From assembly GCA_043819795.1 (NCBI GenBank), contig JBDREN010000120.1, forward strand, positions 1 to 64,000: DNA of 64,000 nt. Direction: 5' to 3'. This document shows positions 29,751 through 39,105 of this stretch, piece by piece (position 1 is the stretch's first letter; the number at the start of each line of letters is the position of its first letter). This stretch comes from Elusimicrobiota bacterium (GTDB lineage: Bacteria > Elusimicrobiota > Elusimicrobia > UBA1565). The notes beneath the pieces were generated by a model. It did no database searches and was not told where the DNA came from. It was given only the letters and a program-made list of their open reading frames with translations. Both the position numbers and the translations under genes were made by a program.

Positions 29751-30956
29751 GTGAACCGAACCACCGAGCATTTTCGGAGCGCGGGCGCTCCGGCGTCGGC
29801 CTTGGCCGCGCTGCTCCTTCTGGCGCCTCTCGTCGCGGGACAGCAAGCCCGAACGGACGAATCCCGGCCGAGGGCCCGCGACCTGGGCATCATCATCGGG
29901 CGCTACCCGCCGGGCCGGCTCAACGCCATCACCGACGTGCGGGGCGTTCGCGTCGGCCATCTGACGCTGGTCTCCGGGGAAGGCAAGCTGCGGCCCGGCA
30001 AGGGCCCGGTCCGCACAGGCGTCACCGTGATCGTGCCCGCGGAAGGGGACTTCTGGAACCTGAAGGTCCAGGCCGGCAGCTTCGTGCTCAACGGCAACGG
30101 CTCGGCCACCGGCCTCATGTGGATTGGGGAGTCCGGGAACCTCGAGGTCCCCATCGCCCTCACAAACACCCTCAGCGTCAGCGACGTCCACCGCGGCGTC
30201 ATCGACTGGATGCTGAATAAGTATCCCGCGGTGGGCGTCTCGGACGACACCGTGGTCCCGGTGGTCCTCGAGTGCGACGACAGCACCCTCAACGACATCC
30301 GCGGCCGCCACGTCAAGCCGGAGCACGTGCTCCAGGCCCTGGAGAAGGCCTCATCGGGGCCGGTCCCGGAGGGCGCGGTCGGAGCCGGAACCGGAATGAT
30401 GGCCTATGAGTTCAAGGGCGGCATCGGCACCGCCTCGCGCCTGCTGCCAAAGAAGGTCGGGAGCTATACCGTCGGCGTCCTCGTCAACGCCAACCACGGG
30501 GAAAGGCACACGCTCCGGGTGCTCGGGGTGCCCGTCGGCAAGGAGATCAAGGACCTCATGCCGGTCGAGCGCAAGGACGGCTCCATCATCCTCATCGCGG
30601 CGACCGACGCGCCCCTCACCGCGCGCCAGCTCAACCGCGTGGCCAAGCGCGTCATGCTGGGGCTGGCACGGACCGGGGCGGTCGCGCACCACGGAAGCGG
30701 GGACGTGGCCGTGGCCTTCTCGACGGCCAACCGCATCCCGCATTACCCCAAGGAGCCCCTCGTGGAGCTCAAGGTCCTCTCCGACGCGTGGCTCGATGAC
30801 CTTTTCGAGGCCGCCGAGGACGCCGCCGAGGAGGCGGTCCTGAACGCCCTCCTGGCCGCCGACACCGTCGTGGGGCGGGACGGCAATACGGCCTACGCGC
30901 TTCCCCACGACCGCCTCACGTCCCTGCTCCGCGAGCGCGGCGCGCTCGGGCGGTGA
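29751..30956 (+). CDS. dmpA: P1 (S58) DmpA-family aminopeptidase
   Basis: NAITDV.GV.VGH, RTGVT, NGNG, ECDDS.LND, GAGTGM, KGGIG and GSIIL motifs. Start approximate. Confidence 0.9.
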   Translation: MNRTTEHFRSAGAPASALAALLLLAPLVAGQQARTDESRPRARDLGIIIGRYPPGRLNAITDVRGVRVGHLTLVSGEGKLRPGKGPVRTGVTVIVPAEGDFWNLKVQAGSFVLNGNGSATGLMWIGESGNLEVPIALTNTLSVSDVHRGVIDWMLNKYPAVGVSDDTVVPVVLECDDSTLNDIRGRHVKPEHVLQALEKASSGPVPEGAVGAGTGMMAYEFKGGIGTASRLLPKKVGSYTVGVLVNANHGERHTLRVLGVPVGKEIKDLMPVERKDGSIILIAATDAPLTARQLNRVAKRVMLGLARTGAVAHHGSGDVAVAFSTANRIPHYPKEPLVELKVLSDAWLDDLFEAAEDAAEEAVLNALLAADTVVGRDGNTAYALPHDRLTSLLRERGALGR

Positions 30957-30957
30957 C

Positions 30958-32328
30958 ATGGCCTTCGTCGACCGCTTCTTCGCCGTCGCCGTAGACTACG
31001 CCTGGGGCTGGCCGCTCATCATCCTTCTGATCGGCGGCGGAGCCTACCTGACCTTCCTCTCGCGCTTCATGCCGTTCTTCGGCGCCCGCCACGCCGTTCA
31101 GATCATCCGAGGCAAATGGGACGACCCCAACGACCCCGGCGAGATCAACCACTTCCAGGCGCTCACCACGGCCCTCTCGGCCACCATCGGCGTCGGCAAC
31201 ATCGCGGGCGTGGCCATCGCCATCACCCAGGGCGGGCCCGGGGCCGTCTTCTGGATGTGGGTCGCCGCCGTCGTGGGGATGGCCACGAAGTTCTTCGAGT
31301 GCACGCTCTCCATCATGTACCGCGAGGAGGACGAGACCGGCAACCCGCAAGGCGGGCCCATGTACTACATCGAGGCGGGGTTGGGCAGGCGCTTCCGGTT
31401 CATGGCGGTCCTGTTCTCGGTCTGCGGGCTCATCGGGTGCCTGTCTCTTTTCCAGGCCAACCAGCTCGCCAAGGTCCTCAGCGAGAACCACGCCGTCAAT
31501 CCCTGGGTGACGGGCTTCGCCATGGCGGCGATCGTCGCGGTGGTGATCCTGGGGGGCATCCGCAGGATCGGGCGGTTCACCGAGAAGCTGGTGCCCTTCA
31601 TGTGCGCGCTCTACGTTCTCGCCTCCCTCTACATCCTGGCGACCCGGGCGGACATAATCCCCTCGATCCTGTATCGCATCGTCCACGACGCCTTCACCGG
31701 GACCGCCGCCGCCGGAGGAGCGGCCGGGATCGCGGTGCGCGAGGTCATCACGACCGGCGTCAAGCGCGCGGCCTTCTCCAACGAGGCCGGCATCGGCACC
31801 GCGCCCATGGCGCACGGAGCCGCCAAGACCAAGGAGCCGGTGCGCGAGGGCCTGGTCGCGATGGTGGGGCCCTTCATCGACACGGTCGTCATCTGCTCGA
31901 TGACGGCCCTCATCATCCTTTCCACCGACCATTGGCAGCAGGGCGCGATCCGGGGGGTGGCGCTCACCACGCAGGTCTTCGAGTCGGCCCTGGGCGGCTT
32001 CGGGCGCCTGCTCATCACGATCTCGGTGGCGCTCTTCGCGATCTCGACCATGGTCGGCTACTCCTACTACGGGAAGAAGTGCTTCGCGTACCTTTTCGGG
32101 CAGCGCCGGGGGCCGCTCTACAACTACTTCTACATCGCGTCGCTCATCGTGGGGGCGGTCTGGTCCGTCGGGACCGTGGTCAACGTCCTGGACACCGCCT
32201 TCGCCCTGATGGCCTTCCCCAATATGATCGCGACGCTGCTTCTGGCCCCCCGCGTGATGCGGGCCGTGCGCGACTACTTCTCCCGCTACCAGGTGCTGCG
32301 GGGCCCATTCGCGGCCGGCGGGCGCTAG
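30958..32328 (+). CDS. Alanine/glycine:cation symporter (AGCS)
   Basis: TIGVGNIAGVA, GGPGAVFWMW, GGPMYY, SNEAGIG and FIDT motifs. Confidence 0.95.
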   Translation: MAFVDRFFAVAVDYAWGWPLIILLIGGGAYLTFLSRFMPFFGARHAVQIIRGKWDDPNDPGEINHFQALTTALSATIGVGNIAGVAIAITQGGPGAVFWMWVAAVVGMATKFFECTLSIMYREEDETGNPQGGPMYYIEAGLGRRFRFMAVLFSVCGLIGCLSLFQANQLAKVLSENHAVNPWVTGFAMAAIVAVVILGGIRRIGRFTEKLVPFMCALYVLASLYILATRADIIPSILYRIVHDAFTGTAAAGGAAGIAVREVITTGVKRAAFSNEAGIGTAPMAHGAAKTKEPVREGLVAMVGPFIDTVVICSMTALIILSTDHWQQGAIRGVALTTQVFESALGGFGRLLITISVALFAISTMVGYSYYGKKCFAYLFGQRRGPLYNYFYIASLIVGAVWSVGTVVNVLDTAFALMAFPNMIATLLLAPRVMRAVRDYFSRYQVLRGPFAAGGR

Positions 32329-32386
32329 CCCGGAACCAGTCCGGAGGTATTGCGCGTCATCCTGCTTAAATCTATACTAGTCCTCC

Positions 32387-32854
32387 ATGCTGCTCGCAAG
32401 AGTCCGCAAATTGCCAGTCGGCACCAAGGAGATGCGCTGGCTCGGCCTCACCCTGAGATCGTCGGAGGTCTTCGGCCACCTGAGGGTGGGACAGGTCGAG
32501 GAGATCCTCAACGGATTCGTCCTGTACCGCTACCCGAGGGACTGCGTGGTCATCGAGCAGGGCGATAAGGATCAGGCCCTTTACGTGCTCTTCAAGGGCC
32601 GCGTGGTCGTCACCCGCAGACGCTGGGGACTGTTTTCGACGCCCATCCGGAGCCTCCTGCCAGGGGACGTCTTCGGGGAGATGGCTCTGATCTACCGGGC
32701 GCCCCGCTTCGCCACGGTGACCACCACGGAGCCCTCCGATGTATTCATGCTCTCCGCGGCCGATTTCACGAAGATGCTGGACAAAAGCCCGAAGTTCAAG
32801 GACTATCTGACGAAGAAGGCGGAACAAAGAAAAGTGGAGCTCGAAAAATGGTGA
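32387..32854 (+). CDS. Stand-alone cyclic-nucleotide-binding domain protein
   Basis: EQGD, GDVFGEMAL and PRFATV phosphate-binding cassette. Confidence 0.88.
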   Translation: MLLARVRKLPVGTKEMRWLGLTLRSSEVFGHLRVGQVEEILNGFVLYRYPRDCVVIEQGDKDQALYVLFKGRVVVTRRRWGLFSTPIRSLLPGDVFGEMALIYRAPRFATVTTTEPSDVFMLSAADFTKMLDKSPKFKDYLTKKAEQRKVELEKW

Positions 32855-33417
32855 AGGCGATAAGACCCGTCAGCGAGAAGAAGCCGGTCCATTTCACCTG
32901 GCTGGATTCGGGCGAGCGGTCCCACCGCAAGCCCAAGACCGCGACGAGGGGCAACGAGGTCCGCCTCGATGAGAAGGAGTACCTCTGGCTCGAGAAGGGC
33001 ATGCGCTCGCTGGGCTTGTTCGCCAAACTGAACCTGCGGAACCTGGCCACCCTTCTGCCCTACATGAGGCTCTTTTCCTTCCCCAAGGGAAGCGTCGTGT
33101 GCCGGGAGGGTGACCCGGGAGACAGCTTCTTCCTGATCTACCGGGGCGGGGTGGACGTGACCAAATCCACCGGCATCTTCAGCGGCTCCCCGATCCGCCT
33201 GGCGAGGCTGCAGTCGGGAGATTTCTTCGGCGAGCTCGCCCTCCTGCTGAACCAGCCGCGCTCGGCGACCTGCGTCGCGACCAAGGAGTCGAGGATATTC
33301 GTCCTCAAGTACGACGACTTCCGCCGCATCCTGGAGAAGCATCCCGTGGTCTTGCGAAAGGTGCGCAAGGTGGGCGAGCAGCGGATGAGGCAGTTGACCA
33401 AGGCCTGGGCGCATTAA
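32848..33417 (+). CDS. Stand-alone cyclic-nucleotide-binding domain protein
   Basis: REGDPG, GDFFGELAL and PRSATC motifs. Confidence 0.88.
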   Translation: MVKAIRPVSEKKPVHFTWLDSGERSHRKPKTATRGNEVRLDEKEYLWLEKGMRSLGLFAKLNLRNLATLLPYMRLFSFPKGSVVCREGDPGDSFFLIYRGGVDVTKSTGIFSGSPIRLARLQSGDFFGELALLLNQPRSATCVATKESRIFVLKYDDFRRILEKHPVVLRKVRKVGEQRMRQLTKAWAH

Positions 33418-33462
33418 CCCGGATTCCTCACCTCGTCTCCTGTCCGATGGGCCCACTCGGGC

Positions 33463-33633
33463 CCTAGCAGTCCGTGGCAAAAGTCTTCCGGGGCCTGCAA
33501 TCGCCTGGAAGCGGCCTGCGCCTGCGTTGCTCCTCGGTCACATCCCGTCGAGGGATGCTCCCTCGTCGCGCCTTGGCTCGACTCGCTCCAGACGATTTCG
33601 CCATCCGAAATACTTTTGCCACGGACTGCTAGG
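33463..33633. mobile_element. MITE-like element, about 170 bp
   Basis: Perfect terminal inverted repeat ctagcagtccgtggcaaaagt (33464-33484 / 33612-33632); no coding capacity; second copy at 63945. Confidence 0.8.
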
Positions 33634-33706
33634 CCCCCCGGGCCGTGATTTTGCTAAAATAAGCCCGGTACCGGTAGTCCCACGCGATTAACGAGGGAGA
33701 ACCTAA

Positions 33707-34924
33707 ATGAGATATTTCTGGGTGGTGGCAGCGTGGTCGTTGTTGTTCGCGGCGCGGCCGGCGCAGGCGGGCGTGGCGCTCTCCGCGGCGGGGGTGCAAG
33801 ACCGACTGATGATCGTATTCAAGCCCGGCGTGACGGAAACCCAGCAAAGGCAGATGGCCGCGGCCTACGGCCTAGAGGTCCTGAGGGTCTTCCGGCCGAT
33901 GCGGGCCCTCGTAGTCCGGGCCAAGCCCAACCAGGCACGCATGATGACGATCCGTCTCGGCTACGAGCCCAGCGTCCTACTCACCGGAAGGGATTTCTAC
34001 ACCAAGTGGATCGAGTCGTCTCCGGAGTCCCTGCAGGCGCGGCCCATGCCGACTTTGGGGTCGGTCATGGAGCGGCTTCCCGAGCTAAGCCCCGACCTGG
34101 GGAAGAAGCCCTCCGAGGTCCAGTGGGGCGTGCAGCGGGTCAACGCTCCCGCCGCCTGGGCCGCGAACCAGGGCAAGGGCGTGAAAGTGGCGATCGTGGA
34201 CACGGGGATCGACCCGAGCCACCCCGAGTTCGCGGGCCGCATCATGGGAGGCTACAACGCCATCGACGAGGACTCTCCGTGGCATGACGACCACTTCCAC
34301 GGCACGCACGTGGCCGGCATCGTGGCCGCCGCCCGCGACGGCCAGGGCGTGGTGGGAGTGGCTCCGGAGGCCCACCTCTACGCGGTGAAGGTCCTGACCA
34401 AGGACGGCTCCGGGTCGCTCTTCGGCATCATGGGCGGCATCATGTGGTGCGTCGAGAACGGGATGCAGGTGGTCAATATGAGCCTCGGCGCCGCGCAGGG
34501 CCACCCCTTGTTCGAGCACGCCGTCAACGCCCTGGCCGACGCCGACATCCCCCTGATAGCGGCGGCCGGAAACGACGGCAAGGCCGTCAACTTCCCCGCC
34601 AAGTACGCGGCGGCGATCGCGATCTCGGCCCTCGACGAGAAGGACGGCATCGCGAAGTTCTCCAGCCGGGGGCCGGAGATCGAGTTCATCGCCCCTGGAG
34701 TGAAGGTCCCCTCCACCATCACGGGAGGCGGGATCAAGGCCTACTCCGGGACCTCGATGGCGACGCCGCACGTCACGGGTCTCGCGGCCCTAGCCATCGC
34801 CGCCGGCGCCCAAGGGCAGGCGGGGGTGCGCCAGGCGCTCAGCTCGGCGGCCGTGAAGATCGAGGGGCTAAGCCCCACGGAGCAGGGCTCCGGAGTGACC
34901 GACGCGGGGCAACTGGTCCGCTAA
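33707..34924 (+). CDS. Secreted subtilisin-like S8 serine protease
   Basis: Signal peptide, propeptide, and catalytic motifs VAIVDTG, HGTHVAG, AAAGN and GTSMATPH. Confidence 0.95.
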   Translation: MRYFWVVAAWSLLFAARPAQAGVALSAAGVQDRLMIVFKPGVTETQQRQMAAAYGLEVLRVFRPMRALVVRAKPNQARMMTIRLGYEPSVLLTGRDFYTKWIESSPESLQARPMPTLGSVMERLPELSPDLGKKPSEVQWGVQRVNAPAAWAANQGKGVKVAIVDTGIDPSHPEFAGRIMGGYNAIDEDSPWHDDHFHGTHVAGIVAAARDGQGVVGVAPEAHLYAVKVLTKDGSGSLFGIMGGIMWCVENGMQVVNMSLGAAQGHPLFEHAVNALADADIPLIAAAGNDGKAVNFPAKYAAAIAISALDEKDGIAKFSSRGPEIEFIAPGVKVPSTITGGGIKAYSGTSMATPHVTGLAALAIAAGAQGQAGVRQALSSAAVKIEGLSPTEQGSGVTDAGQLVR

Positions 34925-34935
34925 ACGTTATCTGA

Positions 34936-34977
34936 AAGAAAAGACCCGCCGTCCTCCGGGACGGCGGGTCTTTTCTT
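34936..34977. terminator. Bidirectional intrinsic terminator
   Basis: aagaaaagacccgccgtcc..ggacggcgggtcttttctt between convergent genes. Confidence 0.85.
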
Positions 34978-34986
34978 CCCCCCTCG

Positions 34987-36228
34987 TCACTCCTCCAGGC
35001 GGGCCCCCTTGAAAGCCAAAGGCCAGAAAATCCGCTGCCATCGGTCCCGGCGGAATGTGATCTTATTCGGGTCCGAGGACTGGTACTTCCACCCGTCGAG
35101 CACGACGCCGCTCTCCTTCCAGTCCGCGCCCTTGGGATAGACCACGACCGCGTGATGCTCCAGCCCCCAGCCGATCTTGACGCGCTTGACCTCCAGCGAT
35201 CCGTCCTTCGGGATGGCGTCGTAGGTCTCGTTCTGATGGCTGATGCAGCCCCTCTTGAGCTGATACTTGCCACGAGAGAACACCCACTTGGCGCTGTCCT
35301 CGATGTTGGTCATCGTCCCGCCGCCGTAAGCGTGCGCCACGGCGCTGGGGTATTCCTCGTGAAGCTTACGGATCGCTTTGCTGCCCTTGTCGATCGCGAC
35401 GCTCAGATCCGAGAGGTTGTCCGGGCTCCAGCCGGACGCGGCAAGGCCTTTGGGGTCCAGGCCGCCGAACTGCTCGGCCTTCATCCCCGCCGGGGCGGCC
35501 TCCCCGATCCGCCCGGCCGAGGGAACGGGCTTGATCCTCGCGGAAACGTTCGACTGAGCCGCGGGGAGCGCGTTGAGGCGCGCGAGCTCCGCGCGCGTGA
35601 GCCCTCCCGCCGCGGGCAATCCCCGACCGCTCGCGGCGGGCAGATCCCGGCCGCGCCTCAATGAGCCGAGGAGGGCTTGACCGGTCCTCCTCGCCGCCGA
35701 GCCGGTCCGCTCCAGATGCTTGGGGGCGAGGGCTCCCTTCGCCAGCTTCTCCCGCGCCTCTTTGAGCGCGCGCGCCGGCGCCTTTGCCCCCGCGCGCGCG
35801 GCCGTCCCCGCTGCCGGCGGGATCTTAAGCCGGCCGGAGTACAAGAGTAGCGCCGGCTCCGCGTCGACCCGCAATCCCTCCGCGGCCCGGCGGATCGAGG
35901 ACCGGAACTCGGAGGCCGTCGCTCCCGCCGCCCGCCCGGTCTGGATCGCCCGCGCCCGCTCCAAGAGACCGCGGACAGCGCCGATCCTGGCCTGGGCCGC
36001 GCCCCTGGCGGGCTCGGCCTCGGGCACGCTGCCGTCCAACTCCGGCTCCGGGAGAGCCTTGTCTTGGAGGAAGGCGTCCCCGGCTTTCTTAAGGAAAGAC
36101 GCGTAGGCTTGGTCGAAAGAAGGCTGCGCCCCCGCCGCCTCGGGTTCGCCCTCCGCGGCCCAGCCCGCGCAGACGCCCAGGTGGAGCGTCAACGCGGCGA
36201 TCATCCCCAATCGCAGGAAAAAATTCAT
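34987..36228 (-). CDS. Secreted hypothetical protein with a candidate Cys-His-Asp C-terminal domain
   Basis: Signal peptide, Ala-rich linker, and C-terminal GC..EHHAVVV..VLDGW. Confidence 0.7.
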   Translation of the reverse strand: MNFFLRLGMIAALTLHLGVCAGWAAEGEPEAAGAQPSFDQAYASFLKKAGDAFLQDKALPEPELDGSVPEAEPARGAAQARIGAVRGLLERARAIQTGRAAGATASEFRSSIRRAAEGLRVDAEPALLLYSGRLKIPPAAGTAARAGAKAPARALKEAREKLAKGALAPKHLERTGSAARRTGQALLGSLRRGRDLPAASGRGLPAAGGLTRAELARLNALPAAQSNVSARIKPVPSAGRIGEAAPAGMKAEQFGGLDPKGLAASGWSPDNLSDLSVAIDKGSKAIRKLHEEYPSAVAHAYGGGTMTNIEDSAKWVFSRGKYQLKRGCISHQNETYDAIPKDGSLEVKRVKIGWGLEHHAVVVYPKGADWKESGVVLDGWKYQSSDPNKITFRRDRWQRIFWPLAFKGARLEE

Positions 36229-36279
36229 GGCGCCCTAAGTGTAGACGGGAAACGGGGAATTGTCCAGGGACCCCCCTTT

Positions 36280-36320
36280 GTCGCACCCCTCGCTGCGCTC
36301 GGGGCCTGAAGGCTCGCGCG
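36280..36320 (+). repeat. Partial copy of the structured dispersed repeat
   Basis: gtcgcacccctcgctgcgctcggggcctgaaggctcgcgcg matches the 5' module of the full copies. Confidence 0.7.
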
Positions 36321-36324
36321 GTTC

Positions 36325-37581
36325 TCAACTGGCGTTGATGGAGGTCATGATGTCCTGGGCCGCGACACTCAGGGCGTCCGCCTGCTGCTCCGTGAGCTTC
36401 TTGCCCCGCTGGGCCCGGACATGGTTCAAGAAAGCGCCCAGCTTGTCCAGCGCGTCAGCCTCGTCGCCGGCCATCAGGCTGACGAGAGCATTGTCGATCT
36501 TCGTACGGAGGGCGTTCTTGATCCCCTTGTTGGGCAGGTCCATCGCGCCGATCGCGTCGCTCAGCTCGGCGAGCGCCCCCTCCGGCGTCTTGACCGTCAT
36601 AATGGCCGTGTCCTCGCCGGCGGCCCCGTCGTCGTCGGCGACCGTGAGCGTCACCGTGTAGGTCCCCGGCTCCGCGTAGGCGTGCGTCGCGGAAGCACCG
36701 CTCGCGATCGAGTCGTCGCCAAAGTCCCACTCATAAGAGACGATCTCGCCGTCCGGGTCCTCGGAACCGCCCCCGTCGAAGGCCAGCTCGAGTCCCGTGA
36801 GGGTCTCCTGGTCCGGGCCCGCATCGGCGGCCGGCGGCAGGTTCGACGGTCCCGCCACGCACTCGTAGACGTCGCGGATTTCACCGTCGGCCAAGGCCCG
36901 GTTGTAGATCCGTATCTCGTCGAGCTTCCCGTGGAACTGGTACGCGGGATCGTACCACCACAGCCCGAGAGCGCCGGACCAGAAGACGCTGTTCCGGGTG
37001 AGGCCGTTGCACTGGGCCATGCTGCCCGTTCCCGCAAGCTCGCCGTCCACGTAGGTCTTGGCCTCGTCGGCGGACCAGTCCACGCTCACGGCGACATGGT
37101 GCCATTGGCCCGGCACGATCACGTCGCTGGGGGTGCCGACGCCCCATCTGTTCGAGGCGTTGTTGCATCGTCCGCCGAAACTCATGCCGCCGGCCCAGTT
37201 GAGCGAGAAATGGTACCCGTAATACTGATCCGTGCCGCGGCCTTCGATGAGCGGCGCCCAGGCCGCGGGCAGCCTGTCCGCGTTGACCCACATCTCGATC
37301 GTGAAATCCGAGCCGCGCGCGAAGCGGTAGGGACTGCCCGCCTGGAACCGGCCGCCGTTGTATTGGGCCGCGTCGCCGATGAGTCCCTGCGCGATCCCGA
37401 CGTTCTGGAAGAACCAGCCGTTGTTGGCGCCCGCGGTGTCGAGCACCGTGCCGCCGCTCCGGCTGTCGAACGTCCACTCGCCGATCCCGCCGGACGGACG
37501 CGGGCAGGAGCCCGCGGGAAGGGAGTAGGCCCTGCCCGCGGTCATAAGAGTAAGCGCTGTGACGAATATGGTCAATCTCAT
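36325..37581 (-). CDS. Secreted LamG + PKD + FIMAH-like protein
   Basis: Signal peptide; LamG (FTIEMWV, WHHVAV, FHGKLDEIRIY); PKD (SYEWDFGD); helical C-terminus AFLNHVRAQRGKKL. Confidence 0.88.
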   Translation of the reverse strand: MRLTIFVTALTLMTAGRAYSLPAGSCPRPSGGIGEWTFDSRSGGTVLDTAGANNGWFFQNVGIAQGLIGDAAQYNGGRFQAGSPYRFARGSDFTIEMWVNADRLPAAWAPLIEGRGTDQYYGYHFSLNWAGGMSFGGRCNNASNRWGVGTPSDVIVPGQWHHVAVSVDWSADEAKTYVDGELAGTGSMAQCNGLTRNSVFWSGALGLWWYDPAYQFHGKLDEIRIYNRALADGEIRDVYECVAGPSNLPPAADAGPDQETLTGLELAFDGGGSEDPDGEIVSYEWDFGDDSIASGASATHAYAEPGTYTVTLTVADDDGAAGEDTAIMTVKTPEGALAELSDAIGAMDLPNKGIKNALRTKIDNALVSLMAGDEADALDKLGAFLNHVRAQRGKKLTEQQADALSVAAQDIMTSINAS

Positions 37582-37604
37582 GGCGACACCTCCAACGATG
37601 GCAT

Positions 37605-37700
37605 AGTATGGCTCGTATGCGCCGACATTTCAAGGACAACGGCCTGACAGAAGAGTGATAAATACACATAAGAAATAAGTGGTTTTTATATTGGTCAGAA
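37605..37700 (-). promoter_or_regulatory. Conserved operator/promoter module, copy B
   Basis: Minus strand: CTGAC-N45-GTCAG, then gc-cgttgtcc-TTGAAA-N17-CATACT. Confidence 0.7.
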
Positions 37701-37800
37701 AAGTGAGGCCCCTCTGGGAAAACTCTCTCTAAGTTCATAGTATTTATTGATGCAAAGTCCTTTCCCGTCCATGGTGAAGACGGGAGAGAGGAGGCATGTT

Positions 37801-39030
37801 ATGGGAAGAATTCGCGTTGTCATGCTGATCGCGGTCGCCGCGCTGGCGCTGCCGGCCGCGACCACGGCTTCCACGGGTTGTCCGAGCGACCTGGTGGGCT
37901 ACTGGGCGTTCGACAACGGAAACGCCGACGATTCCGCGGGCGCCAACAACGGCACGGTCCTCGGCGCGCAGCCGACCGCCGGCGCCGTGGGGCAAGCGTT
38001 CGACTTCGACGGGATCGACGACTACATCACGATACCGGGCAATCCGACCCCGACGAACGATTTCACGGCGGTCTTCTGGATCTATTCGCGTAATGACGGC
38101 TCCGTGAGGACCCCGCTCATGATCGCGACCGTTCCCGGGAGCTACACGTTCCATGGGTTCTACTTCGAGCACCATGGCGGCAACTTTTACGTGAACTACG
38201 ACGAGGACGGCGTATCGCCGTGGGTATGCTGGGATGGAACCGTCCTGTGCGGGATATCCCCGAGCGGCGATATCCTCAACGGCTGGCACCAAGTGGCCGC
38301 GGTCAAGTCCTCGACGCTGGGGCTGATGACCTATCTCGACGGCGAGCTGACCAACTCCTATCCCGCCAGGACGGAGAACGTCTACTTCGGGTCCGGCGAG
38401 CCGATCGAGATCGGAAGGCACAACCCGGCGCATAGACGCTATTTCGACGGGAAGATCGACGAAGTGGCCATCTTCGATAAAGCGCTCACGGGAGACGAAA
38501 TAGGGGAATACTACCGCCGAGCGCTCGCCGGGGTGGGCTACTGCGGCCCCGCGGACGCGGACGGCGACGGCATCGAGGACGATCTGGACCGGTGCGACGG
38601 GACCCCGGCCGAGGAGACCGGGGACGTGGTGCAGGACCCCGCCTCCCCCTTCTACGGCTGCGGCCCCTCAGAGAGGGACCTGGACGGCGACGGCATCAAG
38701 GACAACCTGGACGCCTGCCCGAACAACCTGCCCGAAGAGATTCCGGAGGTCCTGGCCGGCCTGGGCTGCGTGCCCGCGAGCCCGTGCGATCCGAACGAGA
38801 CGGACGCTGACGGCGATGGATTCGTGGACGCCGTGGACGTCTGCCCGTGGACGGACGCTGCCAAGGCCCCGGCCTCGCCGGTGATCGCCGGCTGCTCCTG
38901 CTACCAGATCCTGCAGTGGAAGCCGGGCAACAACAAGGGCGAGCTCAAGAAGGGCTGCTCCCAGGACACCCTGGACGAGTTCTCGGGCCGCAACGGCTGG
39001 GCCAAGGAGGTCCCGCTGCCTCCGCGGTAA
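37801..39030 (+). CDS. Secreted LamG + TSP3-like Ca-binding repeat protein
   Basis: Signal peptide, LamG (YWAFD, WHQVA, FDGKIDEVAIF), DxDGDG..D.C repeats, Cys-rich tail. Confidence 0.88.
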   Translation: MGRIRVVMLIAVAALALPAATTASTGCPSDLVGYWAFDNGNADDSAGANNGTVLGAQPTAGAVGQAFDFDGIDDYITIPGNPTPTNDFTAVFWIYSRNDGSVRTPLMIATVPGSYTFHGFYFEHHGGNFYVNYDEDGVSPWVCWDGTVLCGISPSGDILNGWHQVAAVKSSTLGLMTYLDGELTNSYPARTENVYFGSGEPIEIGRHNPAHRRYFDGKIDEVAIFDKALTGDEIGEYYRRALAGVGYCGPADADGDGIEDDLDRCDGTPAEETGDVVQDPASPFYGCGPSERDLDGDGIKDNLDACPNNLPEEIPEVLAGLGCVPASPCDPNETDADGDGFVDAVDVCPWTDAAKAPASPVIAGCSCYQILQWKPGNNKGELKKGCSQDTLDEFSGRNGWAKEVPLPPR

Positions 39031-39054
39031 GTCCCGCCCGGACAGGACCGACAG

Positions 39055-39090
39055 AGAAGCCCGCCGTCGGCAGACGGCGGGCTTCTTCTC
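39055..39090. terminator. Intrinsic terminator
   Basis: agaagcccgccgtc-ggca-gacggcgggcttct. Confidence 0.75.
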
Positions 39091-39105
39091 GGCACGCAGG
39101 CGCCT

